64,000 bases of DNA from the NCBI GenBank assembly GCA_003136595.1, contig PLEY01000006.1, forward strand, positions 40,169 through 104,168, written 5' to 3'. The stretch is from Burkholderiales bacterium. GTDB lineage: Bacteria; Pseudomonadota; Gammaproteobacteria; Burkholderiales; Burkholderiaceae_D. A model generated the notes under the pieces. It was not told the origin of the DNA, searched no databases, and saw nothing but the letters and a program-made list of their open reading frames with translations. The position numbers and the translations under genes are program-made. This document shows positions 30,733-40,503 of the stretch, piece by piece. The stretch's first letter is position 1. Every line of letters begins with the position of its first letter.

Positions 30733-32046
30733 CTAGCGCACGCGAACCACCGGATCGACCGATCCAAGCCCTGCAGCGAGGTATTCGGTGACCTTCGACG
30801 TGTATTGACCCCAACCAAACTCCAGGCTGCGCCGCCGTGCATTGCGCCCCATCTCGACTCGAAGCGCTGGATTGGCGTAAAGACGCTCCAGTCGGTCAAC
30901 GATGGCGGCCTCGTCGCGAATCGGGACGACATAACCGTCGATACCGTCGCGAACGATGTCGCCGGGCCCGTTGGCGGTCACGATCACCGGCAATCCACAA
31001 GCCATGGCCTCGAGGACCACCAGTCCCATACCCTCAAGCAGGGTGGGGAACACGAAAACATCGGATTCGCGGTACTGCTGCGCCAGTGCCGGACGCGTCA
31101 GGTGCGGCACGTGGCGGAACAAGTCTGAGAAGGGCCGGAACGGCTCCTCGTCGGTAACGAAATTTCCGACCAGCGTCAACTGGGTCCCGGGCCGCCTGAA
31201 CTTCTTCCACGCGCGCAGCAAATACGAAACTCCCTTGCGCTGCGTCAGGAGCCCCGCGTAGATCGCGTGAAAGCGTGCCGGCCGCAACTGTGGATCAGGC
31301 GCGTTAAAGATGCTGTGATCGACGCCGTAGGACGCGACGTGAAGCTTGGCAGGGTCCACTCCTGCGGCGATGAAAGTTTCCTTCGCATAGGTTGAACCCA
31401 CCAGAACGCCGTCGGCAAGTGCGATCTCGCGATCGAGTTGTTCCTCGTATCCGTCGGGCCAGTGGCTATAATCCGGCCACGTCGCTGCAAACCCGGGTTC
31501 GCGCTCGCTCTCCTGCGCTTGCACTGCGAACTGCTCTCGATGGTGGGCGATCGGATAGTTCAAGACCGCCTTGCCTTGGCCGAACTCTCGGAACGCTTCG
31601 AATGCCGCATAGGCAAAGCCCTGGTAAGCGACGATGCAATTAACCCCGTTCAGTTGTTCGGCTCCGCGCATCGAGACCGATCGACGCAGTGCTTCATGGA
31701 GCCGATGGGTCGAGCCCTGCCGTACTGCGTTCGGCAGAAAGTGCGCGCGCGCGATTGCCGCGGCAGCGATGTCCGGAATCACCCCGGCCTCCTGGGTGAG
31801 CTCCACGAGCGATCTGTTGTCGATGCGACGCCTGCCGAATGAGCTCATGTAGGCCCGCCCGGCCAGCGGTAGCGACGCGATCGCGCGCTCCCAGAGGCGG
31901 CCCTTGTTGACATAGGGACGCACGTAACGCACGAGTTGACCCTCGTTGGCGAGCCCCGTCGCCAGATAGTTCAGTTCTGGAGCGTTGAAATTGATGACCA
32001 ATCCCCGAATGGTGCTGCTCGAGGGAGAGGCGACGCGGTCGGGCAT
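30733..32046 (-). CDS. glycosyltransferase family 4 (GT-B, retaining)
   Basis: C-terminal motif VFVFPTLLEGMGLVVLEAMACGLPVIVT (E-x7-E). Confidence 0.85.
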   Translation of the reverse strand: MPDRVASPSSSTIRGLVINFNAPELNYLATGLANEGQLVRYVRPYVNKGRLWERAIASLPLAGRAYMSSFGRRRIDNRSLVELTQEAGVIPDIAAAAIARAHFLPNAVRQGSTHRLHEALRRSVSMRGAEQLNGVNCIVAYQGFAYAAFEAFREFGQGKAVLNYPIAHHREQFAVQAQESEREPGFAATWPDYSHWPDGYEEQLDREIALADGVLVGSTYAKETFIAAGVDPAKLHVASYGVDHSIFNAPDPQLRPARFHAIYAGLLTQRKGVSYLLRAWKKFRRPGTQLTLVGNFVTDEEPFRPFSDLFRHVPHLTRPALAQQYRESDVFVFPTLLEGMGLVVLEAMACGLPVIVTANGPGDIVRDGIDGYVVPIRDEAAIVDRLERLYANPALRVEMGRNARRRSLEFGWGQYTSKVTEYLAAGLGSVDPVVRVR

Positions 32047-32260
32047 GGGATGCGGTCGACTGAAAAGGGAAGGGGTAGTCTCGCTGCCGATTCCTCAGAT
32101 TACTACCAGAATATGACTGGACCGTGTCTCGGAAAGGCGGTACCTCTCCATGACATCGCGTACTCGACAGTTGGAACGAACTCGATAGAATATTGTTCTA
32201 CTTCAGGAGGTAAGGTTCAAACACTGCGTGTGTGTCAGTTGGTCCAGGCATCGAGCAGCG

Positions 32261-32288
32261 TGACTCCTGACTCCTGACTCCTGAATCC
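32261..32288. repeat. heptanucleotide tandem repeat TGACTCC x3 plus one imperfect copy (TGAATCC)
   Basis: Read directly in the 308-nt divergent intergenic region between the GT4 gene (start 32046, minus) and the GT2 gene (start 32355, plus). Confidence 0.9.
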
Positions 32289-32354
32289 GGTCTCCGCGCC
32301 GCCCATTGCGGTGGTCTTCGGCATGAGTCACTCCAAACGATCGACCAATCCATC

Positions 32355-33329
32355 ATGACTGACCTGGCGAGTGAATCCCCGAAGCCCCCTCGCGTCTCCG
32401 TAATCGTCACGGTCTATAACCGTACCGGATACCTGGAGCAGGCCATCGTCAGTGCATTGAACCAGACGTACGCTGACCGGGAAGTCATCGTCGTCGACGA
32501 CTCGGGTGGAGGCGTTGCAAGAGAGGTTTGCGAAACCTATCTCGGGCGGGCCCTGATCGGCTACCGGGCGCATACACGGACGCTGGGCATCGCGGCCGGT
32601 CTGCGCGAGGCGATCCGAGAGGCGCGCGGTACCTACATCGCAGTATTGAACGATGACGACTTTTGGGCACCTGACTTTCTGGCGAAACTGGTCCCCCGCC
32701 TTGAAGCCGATGGGAGCATCGCGTTAGCCTTCTGCGATCACTGGATTGTCGATCAGAGCGGAGCCGTCGATACGAGCGCGACCGATGACAATAGCCGGCG
32801 CTATGGTCGGGCCCAACTCGCCCCGGGCCTGCTGCAGGACCCTGCTAGATTCATCTTCCAGCTCAACGGTGTACCGCTGGCGATGGCAGCCGTTTTTCGC
32901 AAGAGCGCTGTTCGCCTCGAGCTGCTGGCAGACGAGGTCTCAGGCGCCTACGATTTCTGGATTTCCTGCCTATTGGCCGGGTCTGGAGGCGGTTTTACCT
33001 ACCATCCCGAGCGGCTCACGTTCTATCGTGTCCATGGTCAGATGGAAACCGCGCGGAGGAGTCCGGATAAGGCTGAGAATCTGGTCTACATCTTCTCCAG
33101 GCTGCTCGAATTGGGGTGGTTCACATCGCACCAGGAGTTTCTTAAGTTTCGCCTCGGCCAGGCGCTGCTGGCGGTGGGCAAAGACCAGATGTACTTCGGT
33201 CACCTGGGACCGGCCAGAGCACTCCTGTATCGGGCTTTTCTGACCTCAGCGCACTGGAAACCGATCGCGCTGTGGCTGTTGTCGTTCCTGCCCTCGGGCA
33301 TTCGCAGGTCGCTGGCACTCGCCCGATAG
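32355..33329 (+). CDS. glycosyltransferase family 2
   Basis: VSVIVTVYNRTGYLEQAIVSALNQTY followed by EVIVVDDSG and NDDD (DxD). Confidence 0.88.
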   Translation: MTDLASESPKPPRVSVIVTVYNRTGYLEQAIVSALNQTYADREVIVVDDSGGGVAREVCETYLGRALIGYRAHTRTLGIAAGLREAIREARGTYIAVLNDDDFWAPDFLAKLVPRLEADGSIALAFCDHWIVDQSGAVDTSATDDNSRRYGRAQLAPGLLQDPARFIFQLNGVPLAMAAVFRKSAVRLELLADEVSGAYDFWISCLLAGSGGGFTYHPERLTFYRVHGQMETARRSPDKAENLVYIFSRLLELGWFTSHQEFLKFRLGQALLAVGKDQMYFGHLGPARALLYRAFLTSAHWKPIALWLLSFLPSGIRRSLALAR

Positions 33330-33462
33330 CACCCGTCTCCAGGCCCGGGCATTCTGTGGCGCCGCCTGCACCGTCGCCTTGCGACACGCCGAGGTCATAT
33401 TTGGGGCGCAGACTGGACGTGGCGACCTCGACGAGATCGCGAATGTTTTGCCAGGATTACTC

Positions 33463-34179
33463 ATGTCGATTGATAACGGAATGGCAGGGAGCATGGCCGC
33501 TCGGGGCCCCATCCCGAATCAGGGGCTTCAACTCGGCGAGCGGACGGTCGTCGGGTTGCACGAAACGCTGCTACCAAAGCTGGGTGACTTGTCCCGCGAC
33601 ACCCGGATTTTGGATATCGGCTGCGGGACAGGCGCCTGGATGGACCGCCTGGGGAGCCAGGGCTACACGAATCTGCACGGCATCGATCTCGATACTGCTC
33701 AATTCAGAAGTCGCTGGGGGACGTGTTCCCAGGCCAATCTCGACCATGATGCCATCGGCCTGGAGGGTCATGAATTCGGACTGATCACCGCCATTGAACT
33801 GATTGAGCACCTCGAGAATCCAGGACGGCTCCTGTTCCACGTCCACCGTCTGCTCACGGCGGACGGCTGCCTGCTCGTAACGACCCCGAATATTGAGTCC
33901 GTGCTATGCCGCATGCGCTTCCTCTTGACCGGCAAGCTCAAGCAGTTCGACGAGAAGGGCGACCCGACCCACATCTATCCTGTCCTGACAACCTGCCTGG
34001 AACGGATCTTGGATCGATACGGGTTGGTCATCCAGGAGAGGTGGGGATACCCCGAGGGCGGGGGTTCAGTCTCCTCACGCTGGACCACGAGATTGGCGAG
34101 TCGAGCGTTCTCGCCGCTGCTGCCGCGCTCGATCGAGGGGGATATCACCTGTTTTCGCATACGCCGGTCGTGGTCGTAG
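33463..34179 (+). CDS. class I SAM-dependent methyltransferase
   Basis: Motif I ILDIGCGTGAWMD and post-I HGIDLD. ATG at 33463 is preceded by AGGA. The track ORF starts at a TTG at 33379. Confidence 0.8.
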   Translation: MSIDNGMAGSMAARGPIPNQGLQLGERTVVGLHETLLPKLGDLSRDTRILDIGCGTGAWMDRLGSQGYTNLHGIDLDTAQFRSRWGTCSQANLDHDAIGLEGHEFGLITAIELIEHLENPGRLLFHVHRLLTADGCLLVTTPNIESVLCRMRFLLTGKLKQFDEKGDPTHIYPVLTTCLERILDRYGLVIQERWGYPEGGGSVSSRWTTRLASRAFSPLLPRSIEGDITCFRIRRSWS

Positions 34180-34222
34180 CGCGTCTCGGTGGCGCGGTCC
34201 AGAAGGGGGTTCGGTCTGGATT

Positions 34223-34900
34223 TCAGGAAGTGGTGCTGGCCTTGATCAGGATCTGCGAACCAAACAGGTTGGGCCAGTGGCGACACCCCCAGGCATCGAT
34301 GGAAGCGCTCCATCGTGGGGGCAACAAGTGCCTTCTGAAAACAAACAGGGGGACCGAGCCAGTGACCCCGTAGTAGTGCACTTTCAGACCTTCGGCGGCA
34401 GGAAGTACGAACTGTCGGGCGGTCTTGTAAGTCAGAAATCTCAGGTGAGTCCTGTCTAGCTCCCCTCCCGACTGATATTCGAAGTTCCCCAGGAGAAACT
34501 GCCAGCGCATCCGGTAGGACAGGATATTGGGCACCGCGATCAGGATGACGCCGCCAGGCTCGAGCAGTTTCAAAAATCGCGCGAGGACTGCGGCGGGTTC
34601 CCGCAGATGCTCGAGCACGTGCGAAAAGATCATCGCGTCGAACTTGAGTTCCCTAAGCGCATCAGGTAGGTCCTTTTCAATGTCGAAGACCCAGCAGGCC
34701 GCCATATGTGCACGGGCGATGATGGCTTCGGGCTCTGATTGCGTGATTCCAAACACGTTGCGGTCCGGGTTGCGCGATCTGGCAAGCCTGGCGTTGTCGC
34801 CCGCACCGCAGCCGATATCGAGAATTCGGAGCGTCCCGCCATCAAGCAGATCGATAAGGGCTGGATTGCCTTCATTCTGGTAGATCTGAGTAGTGGCCAT
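34223..34900 (-). CDS. class I SAM-dependent methyltransferase
   Basis: Motif I ILDIGCGAGDNARL and the segment FDAMIFSHVLEHL. Start at the ATG at 34900 (MATTQIYQ...). Convergent with the previous methyltransferase. Confidence 0.8.
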   Translation of the reverse strand: MATTQIYQNEGNPALIDLLDGGTLRILDIGCGAGDNARLARSRNPDRNVFGITQSEPEAIIARAHMAACWVFDIEKDLPDALRELKFDAMIFSHVLEHLREPAAVLARFLKLLEPGGVILIAVPNILSYRMRWQFLLGNFEYQSGGELDRTHLRFLTYKTARQFVLPAAEGLKVHYYGVTGSVPLFVFRRHLLPPRWSASIDAWGCRHWPNLFGSQILIKASTTS

Positions 34901-35338
34901 AGGCGCTCCGAGGAGGAGTTCGGAGACGCCCGGTCCAGGCGGTGGGGTCTGGCGCAGTGAATGACTGGTTTCCAACGGACGTTCTCCCTCAAGATGTCCT
35001 TCGCTCAAAAAGGTCCCTCGGCGCAAGTCCTCGATGGGGGCGGCCAATCTGTTTTACGCCAGTTCTATGTCCGGACTGTTGTGGTTCCGTTGGGTCGAAT
35101 TAGCCATGGTGCCCGGCATGGGAGGCGGTTTTGCGGAAGTGGCGCCGGCGCGCAGGCAAGGTCAGGCCGGGGTGCCTGGAACGCGGGGAACTGGGCACGT
35201 GTCACTACGCCGAAATATCGGAGGCGCACCATTTGATGCTTTGCTTGGCTCCTTGGATGCTTGGTCCGTTCCCGCCTTGTGGGCGTCATTCTGCGCGGCA
35301 GCCTCGGCCGGGACAATGTTAAATCCTGGCTCGGCTCA

Positions 35339-36349
35339 ATGAGAATCCTTTTTGCTTCAGTCCCTTACCGTCCTTCGGTGGGGGGGATCGAAACCGTCAC
35401 GAGCGTCCTGGTCGCGCATTTTCATCGTGCCGGTCACGAACTGGTGCTCATCACTCGGACACCGTTCGAAGGAGCCGACCCGGAGCCCTTTCGAGTCATT
35501 CGTAACCCTACGGCCGCTCAGCTATGGGGCCTCGCGCGGTGGGCGGATGTCGTCTTCCATAACAACATCAGCCTGCACTGGGCGTGGCCCCCGATCCTCC
35601 TCGGTAAGCCATGGATCATCGCTCATCACACCTGGATCCCACGCGAAGGCCCACACCGATGGGCTGGGAGGCTGAAGCGTCTCGCCCTCTCACGAGCGAC
35701 GAACATTTCGGTCAGTCGTGCGATGGCTGACTCGCTCCCGGTGAAAAGCCAGGTGGTGCCAAACCCGTACGACAACCGGACTTTCGTGCAGATTCCCGGG
35801 ATACCCAAGACGCGCGATCTGGTGTTTCTTGGGCGCCTTGTCAGCGACAAAGGGCTGCCTGTGCTTCTTGGTGCGCTACGGATCCTGGCGCAAGAAGGCC
35901 GGTATCCAAACCTGACGGTCATCGGTTGCGGACCCGAAGAGGTCGGATTGCGCGAGTTGACGAAGTCCCTGGGCCTTGTTCAACAGGTTGACTTCGTTGG
36001 CAAGCGGGAGGGTCCATGCCTCGTTGAGCTCTTGAACCGGCACAGTATCCTAGTTGTCCCTTCGGTTTGGGAGGAGCCATTCGGCATTGTGGTGCTGGAG
36101 GGATTGGCGTGCGGCTGCATTCCGCTCGTCGCTCAAAGCGGCGGCCTGCCGGAGGCCACAGGTGGCTGTGGCGTGGTTTTTCCCAAAGGTGACGCCCAAG
36201 GTCTGGCCCAGCGCGTATCGCGGTTGCTCGATGACGAAGCGGAACTAGCCCGTTTGCGCGCCGGCGCTTCGCATCATCTCGCCACTCATGCGCCCGAGCG
36301 CGTCGCAGATGCGTATCTTGCCGTGGTCGAAGATGCGCTACGCAACTGA
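35339..36349 (+). CDS. glycosyltransferase family 4
   Basis: N-terminus MRILFASVPYRPSVGGIETV. C-terminus VVPSVWEEPFGIVVLEGLACGCIPLV (E-x7-E). Confidence 0.85.
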   Translation: MRILFASVPYRPSVGGIETVTSVLVAHFHRAGHELVLITRTPFEGADPEPFRVIRNPTAAQLWGLARWADVVFHNNISLHWAWPPILLGKPWIIAHHTWIPREGPHRWAGRLKRLALSRATNISVSRAMADSLPVKSQVVPNPYDNRTFVQIPGIPKTRDLVFLGRLVSDKGLPVLLGALRILAQEGRYPNLTVIGCGPEEVGLRELTKSLGLVQQVDFVGKREGPCLVELLNRHSILVVPSVWEEPFGIVVLEGLACGCIPLVAQSGGLPEATGGCGVVFPKGDAQGLAQRVSRLLDDEAELARLRAGASHHLATHAPERVADAYLAVVEDALRN

Positions 36350-36365
36350 GGCCCCCCTTCTGAAG

Positions 36366-37844
36366 ATGACATCGTCACTCGGCTCGCCGCGGGTGATGGC
36401 ATCCTCGGGTATCGGATTGACCCGACCGAGCAAGGCGCAGCGGCGCTTTGTCGCGATCGTCGTCCTCATCTACCTGCTCGCGATCGTGGAAGGGGTGTTG
36501 CGCAAGTGGCTGCTGCCGAGCTACAGCCAGTATCTCTTTTTCATCCGCGATCCCTTCGTTCTCCTTGCCTACTTCGTGGCGTGGCAAGGGCACCTCATCC
36601 CGCGTAGGGGTGTCTGGTTTCGAGCGCTGGTCGCACTTGCTGTCTTTGGTGCCTTGATCGCCATGGTCCAGGCCCTAGCGACCGGCTTCGCGACCCAACA
36701 ACTGATCCTGCTCGCCTACGGATGGCGCAACTACTTCCTTTACGGCCCACTCGCAATTCTGATCGGGACACAATTCGGGCGCGAGGACTTGCAGCGAGTA
36801 TTTCGCTGGAGCCTGCTGCTTGCCATTCCTATCGCTGTGCTCATGGTGATGCAGTTTCGCGCGGATCCCCGCGCTCCAATCAATGTGGGGATCTCAGAAG
36901 ACAAGAATCTGCAATTTCGTGGACTCGGACTCGACTCCGAACACACTCGGCCGATGGGACCCTTCACGTCGACGACGGGTGAGACTGAATTTAGCGCCAG
37001 CTCATTTGCCATTCTCTTGGCGCTCATTGTCCTGCCGCCGCGGCGGCGTTCGGTGCCACCCGTACTTTTGCTGTTCGGGGGCTGCGCGATTCTGACGACC
37101 GTCGCCGTCGGCGGGAGCCGCGGCGCGCTGGTCCACTGCGGGATCAGCCTCGCGTTCTCGATGTTACTGGGCCTTGCCCCGTGGGCCCGGCCGTCGCGAT
37201 GGCGAGCGACATTTCTTCCAGCGCTCGTCGTGGCGAGCGCTGCGCTCAGCTATCCGATCATCTTTCCCGAGGGCTTTCAGGCCTTCGTGCACCGCTGGGA
37301 AGTCGCCGATCAATTTGAGAGCGAGCGCGTGTCGGGAGGGATCTTCGGCAGGGCGCTGCTCGGATTTGTCGACTTCGCGGGCTTGCTCGATGCCGTGCCC
37401 CTACTCGGCCGGGGCCTCGGGTCCTCTGGCAATGCGGGCATTGCCGACGCGAACGCCTCGCAGGCCTTCGGGTCTGAACTTGTCGTCGCCGAAAATGACT
37501 GGGGGCGGCAAATTGTTGAACTGGGGCCTATTCTTGGAGTGGGCTATATAACCCTCCGCGTAGCGCTGACGCTGTGGCTTGCAAGGACGGTCTGGCGTGG
37601 TCGGCGCCGGGCTGACAATCCAATCGCGATGCTCCTTTTCTCGTTCGTTGCCCCAGAGATCCTGATCGGCCAGATCACCGGGCACGGATCGGTTCATGTA
37701 TTCGGCTGGCTGTTCCTGGGATTTACGTTGGCGGCATGCCGTGCTTCCCCTGCGCCGGTCTCCAAGGGAAGGGCCGAACGGCTGCGCGCCGGCGTGCAGC
37801 GTGCGTCGGCAGCCCCGATCTCAATCACGGTGCCACCGCCATGA
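36366..37844 (+). CDS. polytopic membrane protein, O-antigen polymerase/ligase (Wzy)-like
   Basis: 492 aa, at least 10 TM helices with a large loop in the second half. Positioned between a GT4 gene and the flippase gene. The assignment rests on context and topology. Confidence 0.6.
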   Translation: MTSSLGSPRVMASSGIGLTRPSKAQRRFVAIVVLIYLLAIVEGVLRKWLLPSYSQYLFFIRDPFVLLAYFVAWQGHLIPRRGVWFRALVALAVFGALIAMVQALATGFATQQLILLAYGWRNYFLYGPLAILIGTQFGREDLQRVFRWSLLLAIPIAVLMVMQFRADPRAPINVGISEDKNLQFRGLGLDSEHTRPMGPFTSTTGETEFSASSFAILLALIVLPPRRRSVPPVLLLFGGCAILTTVAVGGSRGALVHCGISLAFSMLLGLAPWARPSRWRATFLPALVVASAALSYPIIFPEGFQAFVHRWEVADQFESERVSGGIFGRALLGFVDFAGLLDAVPLLGRGLGSSGNAGIADANASQAFGSELVVAENDWGRQIVELGPILGVGYITLRVALTLWLARTVWRGRRRADNPIAMLLFSFVAPEILIGQITGHGSVHVFGWLFLGFTLAACRASPAPVSKGRAERLRAGVQRASAAPISITVPPP

Positions 37845-39100
37845 AGGCGATTTCTCTAAGTACGCCGGGGTGGCTGCGTGCCATCGTAACCGCCGCAAGC
37901 AGTCAGGTCGTGATACAGGGCATTGGCTTCGTTACCGGTGTGCTGCTGATCCGCATGCTATCGGTGCAGGAGTACGCGTTGTATACAATCGCTCTGGCGA
38001 GCGTCGCATCCCTGTCGGTCCTGACAGACGGAGGACTCGGAAGCGCGGTCCTGGCGCAGGGCGGGATTCATTGGCGCGACCGGAAGAAACTCGGTCAGGT
38101 GGTGGTGACGAGCTTTCAGATCCGCAAGGGATTGTCCTTCGCTGTACTCATGGTGGGCCTCCCACTGCTGCTCTATCTCCTCCTCGACCACGGCCTCTCC
38201 GTTACGCGTTCGGCCATCGTCTGCGCCGCCGTGGTTCTGCCTTTCTGGGCTAACCTGACGAGCAATCTGCTGATCGCCGCGCCGCTGTTGCATCAGGCAT
38301 TGGGTCCCTTGCGGCATATCCAGGCCGCGGCCAATGGGGCGCGGCTCATTGCAACGGCCGTCGGAATCTGGCTGCTGCCGTTCGCCGCTTGCGCGCTGGT
38401 CGTAACCGGAATCACACAGTACTACCAGAATCAGGCTGTCAGGCGGCTCGCGGAACCGTTCGCGGAATTGGAGTGCGAGCCAGATCCGGGTATACGACGG
38501 CAGCTCTGGTCGCAGTTGCGACGGACCTTTCCAGAGGCCGCCTACACCGCATTTTCCGGTCAGATCACGATTTTTCTCGCATCGGTGTTCGGTGCGACCG
38601 AGTCGGTGGCGAGTCTGGGAGCGCTCGGCAGGGTTGGAATCATTGTCAGTCTGCTCAGCTCGACCTTCGGCTCAGTCGCGACACCGCGGTTTGCCCGGCT
38701 CAATCTTCCCAGGCGGATGATTCTCGTTTGGTTCTTAAGACTGCAAGGGGCACTTATAGCGAGTGGATTGGTGTTCATGCTGGTGCTCGCTCAGTATCGT
38801 GACTTGCTGCTCGAGATTCTAGGCCCGAGCTATGCCGCCCTCGGCCCGGAGATCGTGCTGATTGCCGCCTCGTCCGCGTTGGCGATGCTGGCGCAACAGA
38901 CTTATTCCCTCGCCTCGGTGCGCAGTCTTGTCCCGCCCCAATTGGCCATCATTGCGGTCAATCTCGCCGTCCAGGCGGGCTTGATGCTGATCCTAAATGT
39001 CAGCACACTCGACGGTCTGCTCTGGCTCGGCATATGGATGTTCGCCACCCAGTGGCTGGTCAACGTCGCCAGCTTCATCTGGAATAACGGCCGGACTTGA
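37841..39100 (+). CDS. oligosaccharide flippase (Wzx / MOP superfamily)
   Basis: 419 aa. ATGA overlap with the upstream gene. N-terminus VVIQGIGFVTGVLLIRMLSVQEYALYTIA is typical of polysaccharide-biosynthesis flippases. About 12 TM helices. Confidence 0.75.
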   Translation: MKAISLSTPGWLRAIVTAASSQVVIQGIGFVTGVLLIRMLSVQEYALYTIALASVASLSVLTDGGLGSAVLAQGGIHWRDRKKLGQVVVTSFQIRKGLSFAVLMVGLPLLLYLLLDHGLSVTRSAIVCAAVVLPFWANLTSNLLIAAPLLHQALGPLRHIQAAANGARLIATAVGIWLLPFAACALVVTGITQYYQNQAVRRLAEPFAELECEPDPGIRRQLWSQLRRTFPEAAYTAFSGQITIFLASVFGATESVASLGALGRVGIIVSLLSSTFGSVATPRFARLNLPRRMILVWFLRLQGALIASGLVFMLVLAQYRDLLLEILGPSYAALGPEIVLIAASSALAMLAQQTYSLASVRSLVPPQLAIIAVNLAVQAGLMLILNVSTLDGLLWLGIWMFATQWLVNVASFIWNNGRT

Positions 39101-39135
39101 GAACCTGCGCCCGGTGCGTGCCGCGATTAACCCGC

Positions 39136-40110
39136 TCAAATCGAGCGCAGTTCCCCTTGCGCGACGCGGGCATCGACGAGGCGGGTGACGACGGCCTGCA
39201 TGGTGTGTGCTGCTTTCCATCCGAGTCTCGAGAACGCGTAGCGGGGATCTCCTTGGCTCGATAGGATTTCATTCGGGCGGGTCAGCTGAGGGTCATGTTC
39301 GACATGGTCCTTCCAGTCAAGGCCGAAGCGCGCGAATACTGCGCAGACGAAGTCTTGCAGCGAATGCGACTCGCCGGTGGCGATGACAAAGTCGTCGGCA
39401 TGCTCGGCTTGCACAATCCGCCACATCGCGTCAACGTACTCGGGGGCCCAGCCCCAATCCCGGCGAATCGCGAGGTTGCCGAGGATGAGCTTATCCCGTG
39501 ACCCGCGCGAGATGCGGTAGGCTCCCTGAACGATCTTTTGGGTCACGAAACGCGTTGGACGCAGATCCGACTCATGATTGAAAAGGATGCCGTTGGCTGC
39601 GAACATCCCGTGCGCCTCGCGATAGTTGCGAACCAGCCAATGCGCGGCCGCTTTGGCGACCGCATAAGGACTAACCGGATTGAAAGGCGTCTGCTCGTTG
39701 GCCGCTCCCTGAACTGTGTTGCCAAAGCATTCACTCGAACTCGCATGGTAGAGTTTTGCCGGCAGCGCGAGGAACCGGAGAGATTCAAGGATATTGAGCG
39801 TGCCCGTGATGACGCTGTCGATCGTCTCGGAGGGTTGTTCAAACGAGAGCCCTACCGAGCTTTGACTGGCCAGATGATAGATCTCATCCGGTCGGCACTT
39901 CGAGATCGCCGTCAGGGTGCTTTTGAAATCGCTCGGAGCCATCGAGACGACGCGCACCCGATCGAAAATGCGGCGGGCCTTTAGCGCCTCAAAACTCGAA
40001 GTTCCGGCATCGCGCGACGTCCCGTAAACCTGATACCCTTTGCCTAGCAGCAGTTCGGCGAGATAGGCGCCGTCTTGTCCGGTGATGCCGGTGATGAGAG
40101 CAGTGTGCAA
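39136..40110 (-). CDS. second GDP-mannose 4,6-dehydratase-family enzyme (short, Pseudomonas-like type)
   Basis: 324 aa. Motifs [40 protein letters not shown] and FNHES. Monocistronic: convergent with wzx and divergent from the exosortase gene. Confidence 0.82.
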   Translation of the reverse strand: MHTALITGITGQDGAYLAELLLGKGYQVYGTSRDAGTSSFEALKARRIFDRVRVVSMAPSDFKSTLTAISKCRPDEIYHLASQSSVGLSFEQPSETIDSVITGTLNILESLRFLALPAKLYHASSSECFGNTVQGAANEQTPFNPVSPYAVAKAAAHWLVRNYREAHGMFAANGILFNHESDLRPTRFVTQKIVQGAYRISRGSRDKLILGNLAIRRDWGWAPEYVDAMWRIVQAEHADDFVIATGESHSLQDFVCAVFARFGLDWKDHVEHDPQLTRPNEILSSQGDPRYAFSRLGWKAAHTMQAVVTRLVDARVAQGELRSI

Positions 40111-40503
40111 GAGCGAGTTCCTTCAACATTGCGCCCGTGTCTTTGCCGTCATGGCGATCATTCTCGACTGCCGAGTCTGACCTCCGACGGGGAGCGCCCA
40201 GACCCCGGACTATAAGGTGGAGATGTTTCAATCAATCTGGTCTGCGAGCCGGGATCACGACGACGCCCCGCCTGACTTCGGCGCGTTGCCGCATGCGCCG
40301 GAAGATGGGTACGCACATTTGGCCGCCTGTTGCCGCGCCGTGGGACTTGTGCGGGGCCCCGGGTCGTGCCGAACCCTGCGCCAAAGGCGCGCGTCAACGA
40401 CCTCCTGTCGAGTCGGGGAGGGGCGTGGCCGGGACGCCTTCAGCCTGTCACAATCGTCATATATCGTCTGAAGCCTTCATTGGCGCCCAGCAGGTAGCGG
40501 CTA

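Noticed and set aside
30729-30932. Upstream ATG start (30932) for the beta-helix protein
   Set aside because: It would overlap the 3' end of the upstream GT4 gene by about 200 nt and place the twin-Arg signal 70 residues inside the protein. The GTG at 30728 is preferred, though this is unverified.
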